A stretch of 64,000 nt of DNA from Kofleriaceae bacterium (GTDB lineage: Bacteria; Myxococcota_A; Polyangia; Haliangiales; Haliangiaceae): positions 306,475 to 370,474 of the forward strand of contig CBDCCZ010000018.1 in assembly GCA_965215005.1 (NCBI GenBank), in the 5' to 3' direction. The position numbers and the translations under genes are program-made. The notes under the pieces are model-generated. The model was not told the DNA's origin and made no database searches. It saw only the letters and a program-made list of their open reading frames with translations. Each line of letters opens with the position of its first letter. The first letter of the stretch is position 1. Shown here one piece after another: positions 29,636 to 38,216 of the stretch.

Positions 29636-30697
29636 ATGGACGAGGCGGGCCACATCGCGCGCCGCAAGGCCGAGCACCTCCAGGTTGCAGCCAGCGGCAC
29701 TGCTGACTTTCGCCGCTCGACTCTTCTAGAAGACGTGCACCTGGTGCATCAGTCGCTGCCCGAGCGCGCTCTCGACGACATCGACACCAGCATCGAGCTC
29801 CTCGGCCATCGGTTGCGAGCGCCGCTCATCATCAGCGGCATGACCGGCGGTACCGAAGAGGCCGGGCAAATCAACCGCGACTTGGCGCGCGCCGCCGAGC
29901 GCTTTGGCGTCGGCTTTGGCGTCGGCTCGCAGCGCGCCATGGCCGAGCACCCCGAGCTCGAGCACACCTTCATGGTGCGCGATGTCGCGCCCGACGTGTT
30001 TCTCATCGGCAATATCGGTGTGGTGCAAGCGCGGACGTTCGGTTCAACGCGCGTCGTCGAGCTCGCCCGCCGCATCGGCGCCAGCGCCATGGCGGTGCAC
30101 CTCAATCCGGCGCAAGAGATGATTCAGGGCGGTGGTGATCGCGACTTCCGCGGCGGCCTGGAAACCATTGCGGCGCTCGCCGACGCGCTGCCGGTGCCGC
30201 TCATCGTCAAAGAAACTGGCTGCGGCCTCTCCGCCGAAGTCGCCGCCAAGCTCGCCGCATGCGGAGTGCGCGCGGTCGACGTCAGCGGTGCCGGCGGGAC
30301 CTCGTGGGTTGCCGTCGAAGCGCGCCGCGCCACGGAGGAGCAAGCGCGCTGCCTGGGCGAAGAGCTTTGGGACTGGGGCATCCCCACCGCCGTCACCACC
30401 GTCGCCTGCGCCCGCGCGGGTCTCGAGGTGATCGCCACCGGCGGCCTGCGCAGCGGCCACGACGTCGCGCGCGCGCTGGCACTGGGCGCCCGGGCCGGTG
30501 GTCTCGCCGCGCCGGCACTGCGGGCGCACAACGCCGGCGGCCGCGCAGCCGTCGAGCGCTTCCTCGATAGCATCCTGGGCTCGGTACGCGTCATCACGCT
30601 GCTCGCTGGCTGCAAGAGCGTCACCGAGTTGGCGACCGCCCCGCGACATCTAGGCTCCACGCTCAAGGGTTGGCTCGATGACCTCGGCCTTCGGTAA
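29636..30697 (+). CDS. fni: Isopentenyl-diphosphate isomerase type 2
   Basis: RKAEHL, SGMTGG, GSQR, HLNPAQE, VKETGCG, GAGGTSW, DWGIPT. Confidence 0.95.
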   Translation: MDEAGHIARRKAEHLQVAASGTADFRRSTLLEDVHLVHQSLPERALDDIDTSIELLGHRLRAPLIISGMTGGTEEAGQINRDLARAAERFGVGFGVGSQRAMAEHPELEHTFMVRDVAPDVFLIGNIGVVQARTFGSTRVVELARRIGASAMAVHLNPAQEMIQGGGDRDFRGGLETIAALADALPVPLIVKETGCGLSAEVAAKLAACGVRAVDVSGAGGTSWVAVEARRATEEQARCLGEELWDWGIPTAVTTVACARAGLEVIATGGLRSGHDVARALALGARAGGLAAPALRAHNAGGRAAVERFLDSILGSVRVITLLAGCKSVTELATAPRHLGSTLKGWLDDLGLR

Positions 30698-31571
30698 AGC
30701 GATCCTGTTGGGCGAGCACGCGGTGGTCCATGGCCATCCCGCCCTGGCCGCCGCCATCGACTACGGGGTCACCGTGCAGAGCGCCCCGGCGCCGGCCCTG
30801 CGACTGCGGGCGCCGCGATGGGACCTCGACGTCGCCGCCACCGATGACCATCCCGTCGCCCGCGCCATGGTTGCGTTGGCTCGCGCGCTCGCTAGCGAAC
30901 CGCTCGAGTTCACCTGCGACGCAACCGTTCCCGCGGCCGCCGGGCTCGGCTCCTCGGCGGCGCTTTCCGTGGCGATGGCGCGCGCCATCGCAGTCGCCGC
31001 AGGCCGTACGCTCTCACAGGCGGAGCTCGAGGCCGCTGCCGATGCTGCCGAACGCTGCTTTCACGACAATCCCAGCGGCGTCGACGTCGCGCTCGCCAGT
31101 CGCGGCGGCGTCGGTCTCTATCGCCGCGGCCACGGCCTGCAGGCCATTGACGCCGCTCCGTTCTGCCTCGCCGTCGGCCTCTCCGGCGAGCCACGCAGCA
31201 CCGCGGCGATGGTTGGCCGGGTTAGCCGCGCCCTCGAGGACGATCGAGCCGCCACCGCGCATCATTTAGAAGCGCTCGGTGGTGCCGCCGAGCGCGGCGC
31301 CGAGGCACTGCGCACCGGCGATGTTCAGACCCTGGGTTTGCTCATGGCCGAAGCGCATCACACCCTCGCCACCCTCGGAGTCTCCACCGCGGCGCTCGAT
31401 CGGATGGTCGAGCTGGCAACGGATGCCGGGGCGCTCGGTGCCAAGCTCACGGGAGCTGGCGGCGGCGGCGCGGTGTTGGCCTTGGCTCCGCAGCGCGAAG
31501 AGGCCATCGCTCAGGCGTGGCGACAGGCTGGATTTCAAGCCTTCGTGTGCGTCGCCGGGGTTACGCCGTGA
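30678..31571 (+). CDS. mvk: Mevalonate kinase
   Basis: GKAILLGEHAVVHG, GLGSSAA, NPSGVD, GAKLTGAGGGG. Confidence 0.93.
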   Translation: MTSAFGKAILLGEHAVVHGHPALAAAIDYGVTVQSAPAPALRLRAPRWDLDVAATDDHPVARAMVALARALASEPLEFTCDATVPAAAGLGSSAALSVAMARAIAVAAGRTLSQAELEAAADAAERCFHDNPSGVDVALASRGGVGLYRRGHGLQAIDAAPFCLAVGLSGEPRSTAAMVGRVSRALEDDRAATAHHLEALGGAAERGAEALRTGDVQTLGLLMAEAHHTLATLGVSTAALDRMVELATDAGALGAKLTGAGGGGAVLALAPQREEAIAQAWRQAGFQAFVCVAGVTP

Positions 31572-32542
31572 AGCATGCCGCCACGGCTCGTGCACACGCC
31601 AACATCGCCCTGATCAAGTATTGGGGCAAACGCGACGCCGCGCTCAACCTGCCGGCCGCCGGCAGCCTATCGCTCACTCTCGAGGCGCTCACCACCACCA
31701 CCACGGTTACCTTTGATTCCGCACTAATGAGCGATCAGCTGATCCTCGGCGGCACCGAGGTCGCCGACGCGCGAATCAGTCCGTGGCTCGATGTGGTGCG
31801 CACCCAGGCCGGCTTCGATACCCGAGCGCGAATCGAGAGCCACAACGACTTTCCCACCGCCTCCGGCCTAGCATCCTCGGCCTCGGCGTACGCGGCGTTG
31901 GCGCTGGCCGCAACGGCCGCGGCCGGGCTCACGCTGCCGGCGCGCGAGCTCAGCGTGCTCGCCCGCCGCGGCTCCGGCTCGGCAGCGCGGTCGATCTTTG
32001 GCGGTTTGGTGCGCATGCATGCCGGTCGCGCCGCCGATGGCACCGACAGCTACGCCGAGCCCCTGCCCCACGACTGGCCGCTGCGCATGATCGTCGCGGT
32101 GGTCGGCGGTGGTGCGAAAAAAGCGCACGGCTCGCGCGATGCGATGGAGCACTGCGCCCGCACCTCGCCGCTGTATCGCGGCTGGCTCGCAGCGGTGCCC
32201 GAGGATCTCGCCGCCGCCACCACCGCCATCGAGGAGCGCGATCTGGCCGCTCTCGGCGCCATCACCGAAGCCAGCGCAATGACCATGCATGCCGCCGCTA
32301 TAGCCTCTCGACCCGCGATTCTCTACTGGCAGCCGACCACCCTGGCGTGCCTCGCACAGGTTCACAGCCTGCGCGAGCGCGGCATCGCAGCGTTTGCCAC
32401 CATGGACGCCGGTCCGCACGTCAAGGTCCTCACTAGCATCGAGCACGCAGCAGCCGTTGCCGCCGCGATGCGTGACGTCGCCGGCGTCACCCACGTCTAT
32501 GAGAGCGCGCCCGGCCCCGGCGCCTCATTGGTGACGCCATGA
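31568..32542 (+). CDS. mvaD: Diphosphomevalonate decarboxylase
   Basis: NIALIKYWGK, GLASSAS, GSGSAARS, TMDAGPHVK; GTGA overlap start. Confidence 0.95.
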   Translation: MKHAATARAHANIALIKYWGKRDAALNLPAAGSLSLTLEALTTTTTVTFDSALMSDQLILGGTEVADARISPWLDVVRTQAGFDTRARIESHNDFPTASGLASSASAYAALALAATAAAGLTLPARELSVLARRGSGSAARSIFGGLVRMHAGRAADGTDSYAEPLPHDWPLRMIVAVVGGGAKKAHGSRDAMEHCARTSPLYRGWLAAVPEDLAAATTAIEERDLAALGAITEASAMTMHAAAIASRPAILYWQPTTLACLAQVHSLRERGIAAFATMDAGPHVKVLTSIEHAAAVAAAMRDVAGVTHVYESAPGPGASLVTP

Positions 32543-33504
32543 GTCGGCGCGCACGCGCCCCCGGAAAGCTGATGCTCGCCGGCGAGTATGCCGTGCTCGA
32601 TGGCGCCACCTGCGTCATGACCACGGTCGACCGCTATGCCACCGCCCGGTTGGGCCCGCCGCATCGCTACCCGCCGTCGCCGTTCTTGGCCGCCCTTGCC
32701 GAGCTTGCAGCGGCTCGGTTTGGCGCAGGAAGCCCCGCGGCCGAGGCCGCCGAACGCCTCGTCGTCGATTCCACCGAGCTAGCCTCGGACGATGGCGTCA
32801 AGCTCGGCCTTGGCTCCAGCGCGGCGGTCACCGTCGCCGGCGCGGCGCTGGTGCTGGCCCAACACGACGCTGAGCCCACCCGAGCAGCCATTCACGAGCT
32901 CGCCGACGCCGCCCATGGCCAGGCGCAACACGCCATGGGCGCCCGCGGCAGTGGCGCCGACGTCGCCGCCAGCGTTCACGGCGGCTTTTTGGCTTTCACC
33001 CGCGATACCCCGGTGCACCCGTTGCGCCTGCCTGAGGACCTCGCGCTGCTGTGCGTTTGGACCGGCCTTGCCGCCGATACCCGGGTGCTCGTGCGGACGG
33101 TGGGCGGCTACCGTGCTCGCGATCCCCGCGGCTACGAACGGGCCATCACCGCCATCGCCGCCGCCGCGGCGGACCTCGTCGGCGCCGACACCGCCGCCGC
33201 CGCCATTGCTGCCATCGACCGCGGCGGGCGCGCCTTGGCTGCCCTTGGCACCGCGTCGCGCATCGATTTGGTCCCCGAAGCAGTGCGGCGCATGCAACAG
33301 CTGCTGGCGCCGCTCGGTGGAGCCGTCAAGCCAACGGGTGCTGGCGGTGGTGACGTCGCCGTCGTCGCCGTCGCCCGCGATGCGGCTGCCAACGCCGCCG
33401 CCGTCCTCGCTCGCGCCGGCTTTGCGTACCTGCCGCTCAACCTCGGCGTCACCGGGGTGGAGCTCGTCGCTCAGCAGTCGAATCCTTCCAGCCAAACCGA
33501 CTAA
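32539..33504 (+). CDS. Phosphomevalonate kinase (GHMP family)
   Basis: APGKLMLAGEYAVL, KLGLGSSAA, GSGADVAAS, KPTGAGGGD. Confidence 0.88.
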   Translation: MSRRARAPGKLMLAGEYAVLDGATCVMTTVDRYATARLGPPHRYPPSPFLAALAELAAARFGAGSPAAEAAERLVVDSTELASDDGVKLGLGSSAAVTVAGAALVLAQHDAEPTRAAIHELADAAHGQAQHAMGARGSGADVAASVHGGFLAFTRDTPVHPLRLPEDLALLCVWTGLAADTRVLVRTVGGYRARDPRGYERAITAIAAAAADLVGADTAAAAIAAIDRGGRALAALGTASRIDLVPEAVRRMQQLLAPLGGAVKPTGAGGGDVAVVAVARDAAANAAAVLARAGFAYLPLNLGVTGVELVAQQSNPSSQTD

Positions 33505-33567
33505 ACCGACTAGCCAGCTCCAGCCACATCTATATAGTAGAACCAACTGCATAGTAGAACCAACTGC
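33494..33567 (+). repeat. Two perfect tandem direct repeats (9 bp x2; 17 bp x2) before mvaA
   Basis: AAACCGACT at 33494 and 33503; ATAGTAGAACCAACTGC at 33534 and 33551. Confidence 0.9.
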
Positions 33568-33568
33568 A

Positions 33569-34876
33569 ATGGCTCACGGTTCCTCGCGCATCCCCGGCTT
33601 CTATCGGTTCGCCATCGACCGGCGGCGCCGTCAGCTCGCCGAGCTCCGCGAGCTGGATGAACAGGAGCTGGAGCTCTTCGACCACGGCGGCATCGACCGC
33701 GAGATCGCCGACGGCATGATTGAAAACGTCGTCGGCACCTACGCGCTGCCGCTCGGCGTCGGGCTTAACTTCCAAGTCAACGGCACCGACTACCTGGTGC
33801 CGATGGCCATCGAGGAGCCGTCGGTGGTCGCGGCCGCCTCGGGGGCCGCCAAGCTCGTTCGCATGAGCGGCGGCTTCACCGCCAGCGCCTCGCTGCCGAT
33901 CATGATCGGCCAGGTGCAGCTCGTCGACCTCGCCGATCCCGCAGCGGCGGCAGCGAGCATCGAAGCCCACCGCGACCGGCTGCTAGCCCTCGCCCGCGAG
34001 CTCGCGCCCCGCCTGGTTGCTCGCGGCGGCGGCCCGGTGGATCTCGAAGTACGCGTGCTGCGCGATCCAGCCAGCGGCGCGAGCATGGTGATCGTTCACC
34101 TGCTCGTCGATTGTCGCGACGCGATGGGCGCCAACCTCGTCAACTCCCTCGCCGAAGGCATCGCCGGCGAGCTCGCCGCGCTCACCGGTGCTCGCGTCGG
34201 GCTGCGTATCCTATCGAACTTGTGCGACCGCCGCACGGTCACGGTGCGCTGCCGCGTTTCCCATGCGAGCCTCGGCGGCGCCGCGATTGCCGAGGCCATC
34301 GCCAGCGCCTCGCGGTTTGCCGAGCTCGACCCGTACCGCGCTGCGACCCATAACAAAGGCATCATGAACGGCATCGATGCGGTGCTGCTGGCTACCGGCA
34401 ACGACTGGCGCGGCGTCGAAGCGGGTGCTCACGCGTTTGCGTGCACCACCGGCCAATACCGGCCGCTGGCGACGTGGCGGTCCGAGGGCGAGGCTCTCAT
34501 CGGCACCATGACCCTGCCGCTCGCGGTCGGCACCGTCGGCGGCGCATTGCACGTGCATCCGGGCGCGCGGCTGTCGCTAGCGCTGCTCGCGGTCGGCAGC
34601 GCGGCCGAGCTAGCCACCGTCATCGCCGCGGTCGGCTTGGCCAGCAATTTGGCCGCGCTGCGCGCGCTCGCCACCGATGGCATCCAGCGCGGTCACATGT
34701 CGCTGCACGCTCGCGTGGTCGCGCGTGCTGCCGGCGCCCGCGGCGACCTCCTCGAGCAGGTTGCCGCCGAGCTCGCCCGCCTTGGCGACGTCAAGACCGA
34801 GCGCGCCCGACAGATCCTCGACTCGCTGCGTGCCAGCGAGCTGTCCTCGACCTTCACCATCAAGGAGCCGACGTGA
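33569..34876 (+). CDS. mvaA: HMG-CoA reductase, class II
   Basis: ENVVG, EEPSVVAA, DAMGAN, THNKGIMNG, GIQRGHMSLH. Confidence 0.95.
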   Translation: MAHGSSRIPGFYRFAIDRRRRQLAELRELDEQELELFDHGGIDREIADGMIENVVGTYALPLGVGLNFQVNGTDYLVPMAIEEPSVVAAASGAAKLVRMSGGFTASASLPIMIGQVQLVDLADPAAAAASIEAHRDRLLALARELAPRLVARGGGPVDLEVRVLRDPASGASMVIVHLLVDCRDAMGANLVNSLAEGIAGELAALTGARVGLRILSNLCDRRTVTVRCRVSHASLGGAAIAEAIASASRFAELDPYRAATHNKGIMNGIDAVLLATGNDWRGVEAGAHAFACTTGQYRPLATWRSEGEALIGTMTLPLAVGTVGGALHVHPGARLSLALLAVGSAAELATVIAAVGLASNLAALRALATDGIQRGHMSLHARVVARAAGARGDLLEQVAAELARLGDVKTERARQILDSLRASELSSTFTIKEPT

Positions 34877-35808
34877 TCGCCCGACTTACGGACCGACGTC
34901 CTCGCCTGGCGGTGGCGCCGCCGCAGCCACTCGAGCTCGATGCCTGCTATGGCTACTGCGAAGCCATCGCGCGCTCGCGTCATCACAACTTTCCAGTTGC
35001 CTCGCTGTTCGTGCCGACCGCCCTGCGGCGGCACATCTGGGCGGTTTACGCGTTCGCGCGCATGGCCGACAATTTCGCCGACGAGCCCGCGTACGAAGGA
35101 CGCCGCGCCGGCGAGCTCGATCGCTGGGAGGAGAAGCTCCACCGCTGCTATTTCGGCGAGCCCGCCGATCATCCGGTGTTCGTCGCCCTGAGCGACACGG
35201 TGCGCCGTTTCGAGCTGCCGATCACCGAGTTCACGGCGCTGTTGTCCGGGTTCCGCATGGACCTCGAGACCAGCCATTACGCCACCTTCAGCGACCTACG
35301 CAGCTATACCGCGCAGGCGGCCGAGCCGGTTGGACACCTGCTGCTCTACCTCGGCGGCTATCGCGATCCGCGGCTGCACGCGTTTGCCGATGATCTCGCA
35401 ACCGGTTTGGCGGTCGCCAAGCTGGTGCAGGACATTCGCGCCGATTACGAGCGCGGCCGCATCTACCTGCCGGCCGAAGACCTGCGCCACTTCGGCGTCA
35501 CCGCCAGCGACATCGAGCATCGCCGCAGCTCGCCCGAGGTCGAGGCGTTGCTCCGCTTCGAGGTCGCGCGCGCGCGCTCGCTCCTGGAGCGCGGCCGGCC
35601 GCTCGTCGAGCACGTCGGCTTCGACTACGCCATCGAGATGGCGCTCATGTGGCACGGCGGCATGCGCATCCTGAGTAAAATCGCCGCCACTGGCGCGCAG
35701 CTGCTCGAGCGACGGCCGGCGCTGTCGGCGGCAGACAAAGCCGACGTGGTCGTGCGCGCCCTGGCCTGGCGCGGCAACACGCTCGGTCGCCGGCTCACCC
35801 GCCGCTAA
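34873..35808 (+). CDS. hpnC: Squalene/phytoene synthase family, HpnC-like
   Basis: NFPVAS, YAFARMADNFADE, QDIRADYERGRIYLP; GTGA overlap with mvaA. Confidence 0.75.
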   Translation: MIARLTDRRPRLAVAPPQPLELDACYGYCEAIARSRHHNFPVASLFVPTALRRHIWAVYAFARMADNFADEPAYEGRRAGELDRWEEKLHRCYFGEPADHPVFVALSDTVRRFELPITEFTALLSGFRMDLETSHYATFSDLRSYTAQAAEPVGHLLLYLGGYRDPRLHAFADDLATGLAVAKLVQDIRADYERGRIYLPAEDLRHFGVTASDIEHRRSSPEVEALLRFEVARARSLLERGRPLVEHVGFDYAIEMALMWHGGMRILSKIAATGAQLLERRPALSAADKADVVVRALAWRGNTLGRRLTRR

Positions 35809-35899
35809 CGCGAGCCCCACCTTCACGCCGAACCTGCGGCGATGCGGCGGCTCGATACGCTCGCGCTCTCTTTCCTCCCCGCGCTCGACTGTGGTAGTC

Positions 35900-36172
35900 A
35901 TGGGGGCGATGGCGTCGCTGGATCCCGTACTCGAGAAGGCGATGGTGGGTATCGCCCACGCCTTGTTCATGAACCGCCTGCACGTCCTTCGCCTCACCGA
36001 GGTCGTGCGGCTGAATATCCGGCCCGACCCCAAAGACGGCAACATGGAGATCCCGCGCGAGCTCGATCAAGAGCTCAAGCAACAGGCGGTCAACTACGTG
36101 CTCACGTGCTTCCCCGCCGAGCTGAGCGTGCTGATCAACGAAGCGAAAGCCGATTGGCTGCGTCCCGCGTAG
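35900..36172 (+). CDS. Small hypothetical protein
   Basis: Protein-like ~90-aa ORF with GC-rich third codon positions, filling the gap before the rarA end. Confidence 0.65.
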   Translation: MGAMASLDPVLEKAMVGIAHALFMNRLHVLRLTEVVRLNIRPDPKDGNMEIPRELDQELKQQAVNYVLTCFPAELSVLINEAKADWLRPA

Positions 36173-36179
36173 CGCCCAG

Positions 36180-37511
36180 CTACGACTCGTCGTCTTCCTC
36201 GCGCCACCTCCGCAGCCGCTCTTTGAGCGTGGCCTCGTAGCCACTGTCGCTGGGCGCGTAGAAGCGCGTTCCTTCGAGTGCTTCGGGCAAGTACGCTTCG
36301 GGCACGTAGTGGCCGGCGAAGTCGTGCGGATATTTGTAGTCGGCGCCGTAGCCCAGCTGCTTTTGCAGGCCTGCCACCGCGTTGCGCAGCTTTACCGGCA
36401 CAGGCAGCGCCCCGCGCTCGCGGACCGCGCGGCGCGCGGCGGCGTAGGTGGTGAGGGCCGTGTTGGACTTGGGAGCACACGCCAAATACACCGCCGCTTG
36501 CGTCATCGGCAGAACCCCCTCGGGCAAGCCGATGAAGCGAAACGACTGCAGCGCACCGTTTGCCACCGCCAGTGCCTGCGGATCGGCGTTGCCAACGTCT
36601 TCGGAGGCGAAGATGACCATCCGCCGGAGGATGAACAGCGGATCCTCCCCCGCCTCGAGCATGCGCGTCATCCAGTACACCGCGGCGTCGGGATCCGAGC
36701 CGCGCATGCTCTTGATGAACGCGCTCACGACGCCGTAGTGCTCATCCCCGGCTTTGTCGTAGAGCAGCGTTCGCTGCTGCACCGCGTCACTGGCGAGGGC
36801 GACGGTGATCGGCTCCGGCGGCTGGCCGTCGCGCGGGCGCGCCAGCTGCGCGGCAACTTCTAAGCTGGTGAGCAAGCGGCGCGCATCGCCCTGGGCGCGC
36901 TCCACCAACACCGCGAGGGCATCGTCTTCGATGACCAGCTCGAGCGCGCCGAGGCCGCGTTCGCGATCGCCGAGGGCGCGGCCCGCCAAGTCCGCAAGCA
37001 CGGCATCCGTCAGCGGTTCGAGGCGTAGCACGCGACTGCGAGACAACAACGCCGCATTGACCTGAAAACTCGGGTTCTCAGTGGTAGCTCCGATTAGCGT
37101 GACCAGCCCCGCCTCCACATGCGGCAGCAGTGCATCCTGTTGCGCTTTGGAGAAGCGATGGATCTCATCGATGAACAGCAGCGTGCGCTCACCGAGCTCG
37201 TCGCGGCGGCGACGCGCCTCGGCAACGATGGCGCGGATGTCCTTGACCCCGGCCATCACCGCCGAAAGCTGCGCAAAGCGCGCCCGAACGCGCGTGGCCA
37301 CCAGCCGAGCCAGGGTCGTCTTGCCGGTCCCCGGTGGGCCCCACAGGATCAGCGATGGGAGTTCACCCCCGGCGAGGATGCGACCGAGCATCGCTTTGGG
37401 CCCGAGGATGTGCTCCTGACCGAGCATTTCCTCGAGCGATTTCGGGCGCATGCGTTCCGCGAGCGGCTCCCCCACGCGTCGTTGCGCGGCGCTGTGTGCG
37501 AACAAATCCAT
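36180..37511 (-). CDS. rarA: Replication-associated recombination protein A
   Basis: PLAERMRP, GPPGTGKT, DEIHRF, GATTENP, SAFIKSMRGSD, YKYPH. Confidence 0.96.
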   Translation of the reverse strand: MDLFAHSAAQRRVGEPLAERMRPKSLEEMLGQEHILGPKAMLGRILAGGELPSLILWGPPGTGKTTLARLVATRVRARFAQLSAVMAGVKDIRAIVAEARRRRDELGERTLLFIDEIHRFSKAQQDALLPHVEAGLVTLIGATTENPSFQVNAALLSRSRVLRLEPLTDAVLADLAGRALGDRERGLGALELVIEDDALAVLVERAQGDARRLLTSLEVAAQLARPRDGQPPEPITVALASDAVQQRTLLYDKAGDEHYGVVSAFIKSMRGSDPDAAVYWMTRMLEAGEDPLFILRRMVIFASEDVGNADPQALAVANGALQSFRFIGLPEGVLPMTQAAVYLACAPKSNTALTTYAAARRAVRERGALPVPVKLRNAVAGLQKQLGYGADYKYPHDFAGHYVPEAYLPEALEGTRFYAPSDSGYEATLKERLRRWREEDDES

Positions 37512-37687
37512 GAAACGTTTCCGCCTACAGTGAACTCTGCCTCACACGATCGCGCGGTGCCATTGCGTCAGTGCGGCGAGCATTCATCCGAGCATGGTGA
37601 CGACAGGCCCGCTTGCGCTGGGCGACGGGTCCCGCTCGCGACGATGATTTTTCGCCACTTAACGGGTTTCCCAGCGGCGCTTTTGGC

Positions 37688-37703
37688 TGGCACTTCGCTT
37701 GCT
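37688..37703 (+). promoter_or_regulatory. Sigma54 -24/-12 promoter of PilZ gene
   Basis: TGGCAC-TTCGC-TTGCT, consensus spacing, 12 nt before the ATG. Confidence 0.7.
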
Positions 37704-37715
37704 TTAGCTGTCGAC

Positions 37716-38213
37716 ATGTCCACGGCGCTCGAGCTCATCTACCAGTACCGTCAGCTCATCGGCAAGTGCGAAGCCGGCGTGGGGCTGAGTTTCGATGAGA
37801 TCGACGCGCTCAGCGCCATCGAGGCGCTGTTCGAGCGTCGCGACGAGGCCAATCGCTCTTCGGAGCTGTGGTCTTGTCGCCGCCGGTTTCTCCGCGAAGA
37901 TGTCTATCTCGATGGCTGGGTGCGAGCAACGCGCCTCGATGATCGCGTCACGGTTGCCAACCTCGCCCCCGGCGGCGCCGTCATCACCTCGGCTCCCACC
38001 GTGCCGCGGGGCGAGCTCGTCGAGCTCAAGATGGACGACCGAGAGCTCGAACTCTCGTATCGCTTCAAAGCCCGGGCTAGCTGGGTACGCAGTGAGGCCG
38101 ATGGCAGCTTCAGCATCGGGCTTCGTTTCGAAGGAACTCCGCTGCTCATTCACTACGGCCCCCGGCGACGCGCCGACACCGCGGTCGACGACGTGGGCAA
38201 GGTCGCCGCGTGA
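37716..38213 (+). CDS. PilZ-domain protein
   Basis: RRRFLR (RxxxR), NLAPGG (D/NxSxxG variant), SWVR...IGLRF beta-barrel end. Confidence 0.78.
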   Translation: MSTALELIYQYRQLIGKCEAGVGLSFDEIDALSAIEALFERRDEANRSSELWSCRRRFLREDVYLDGWVRATRLDDRVTVANLAPGGAVITSAPTVPRGELVELKMDDRELELSYRFKARASWVRSEADGSFSIGLRFEGTPLLIHYGPRRRADTAVDDVGKVAA

Positions 38214-38216
38214 TGC

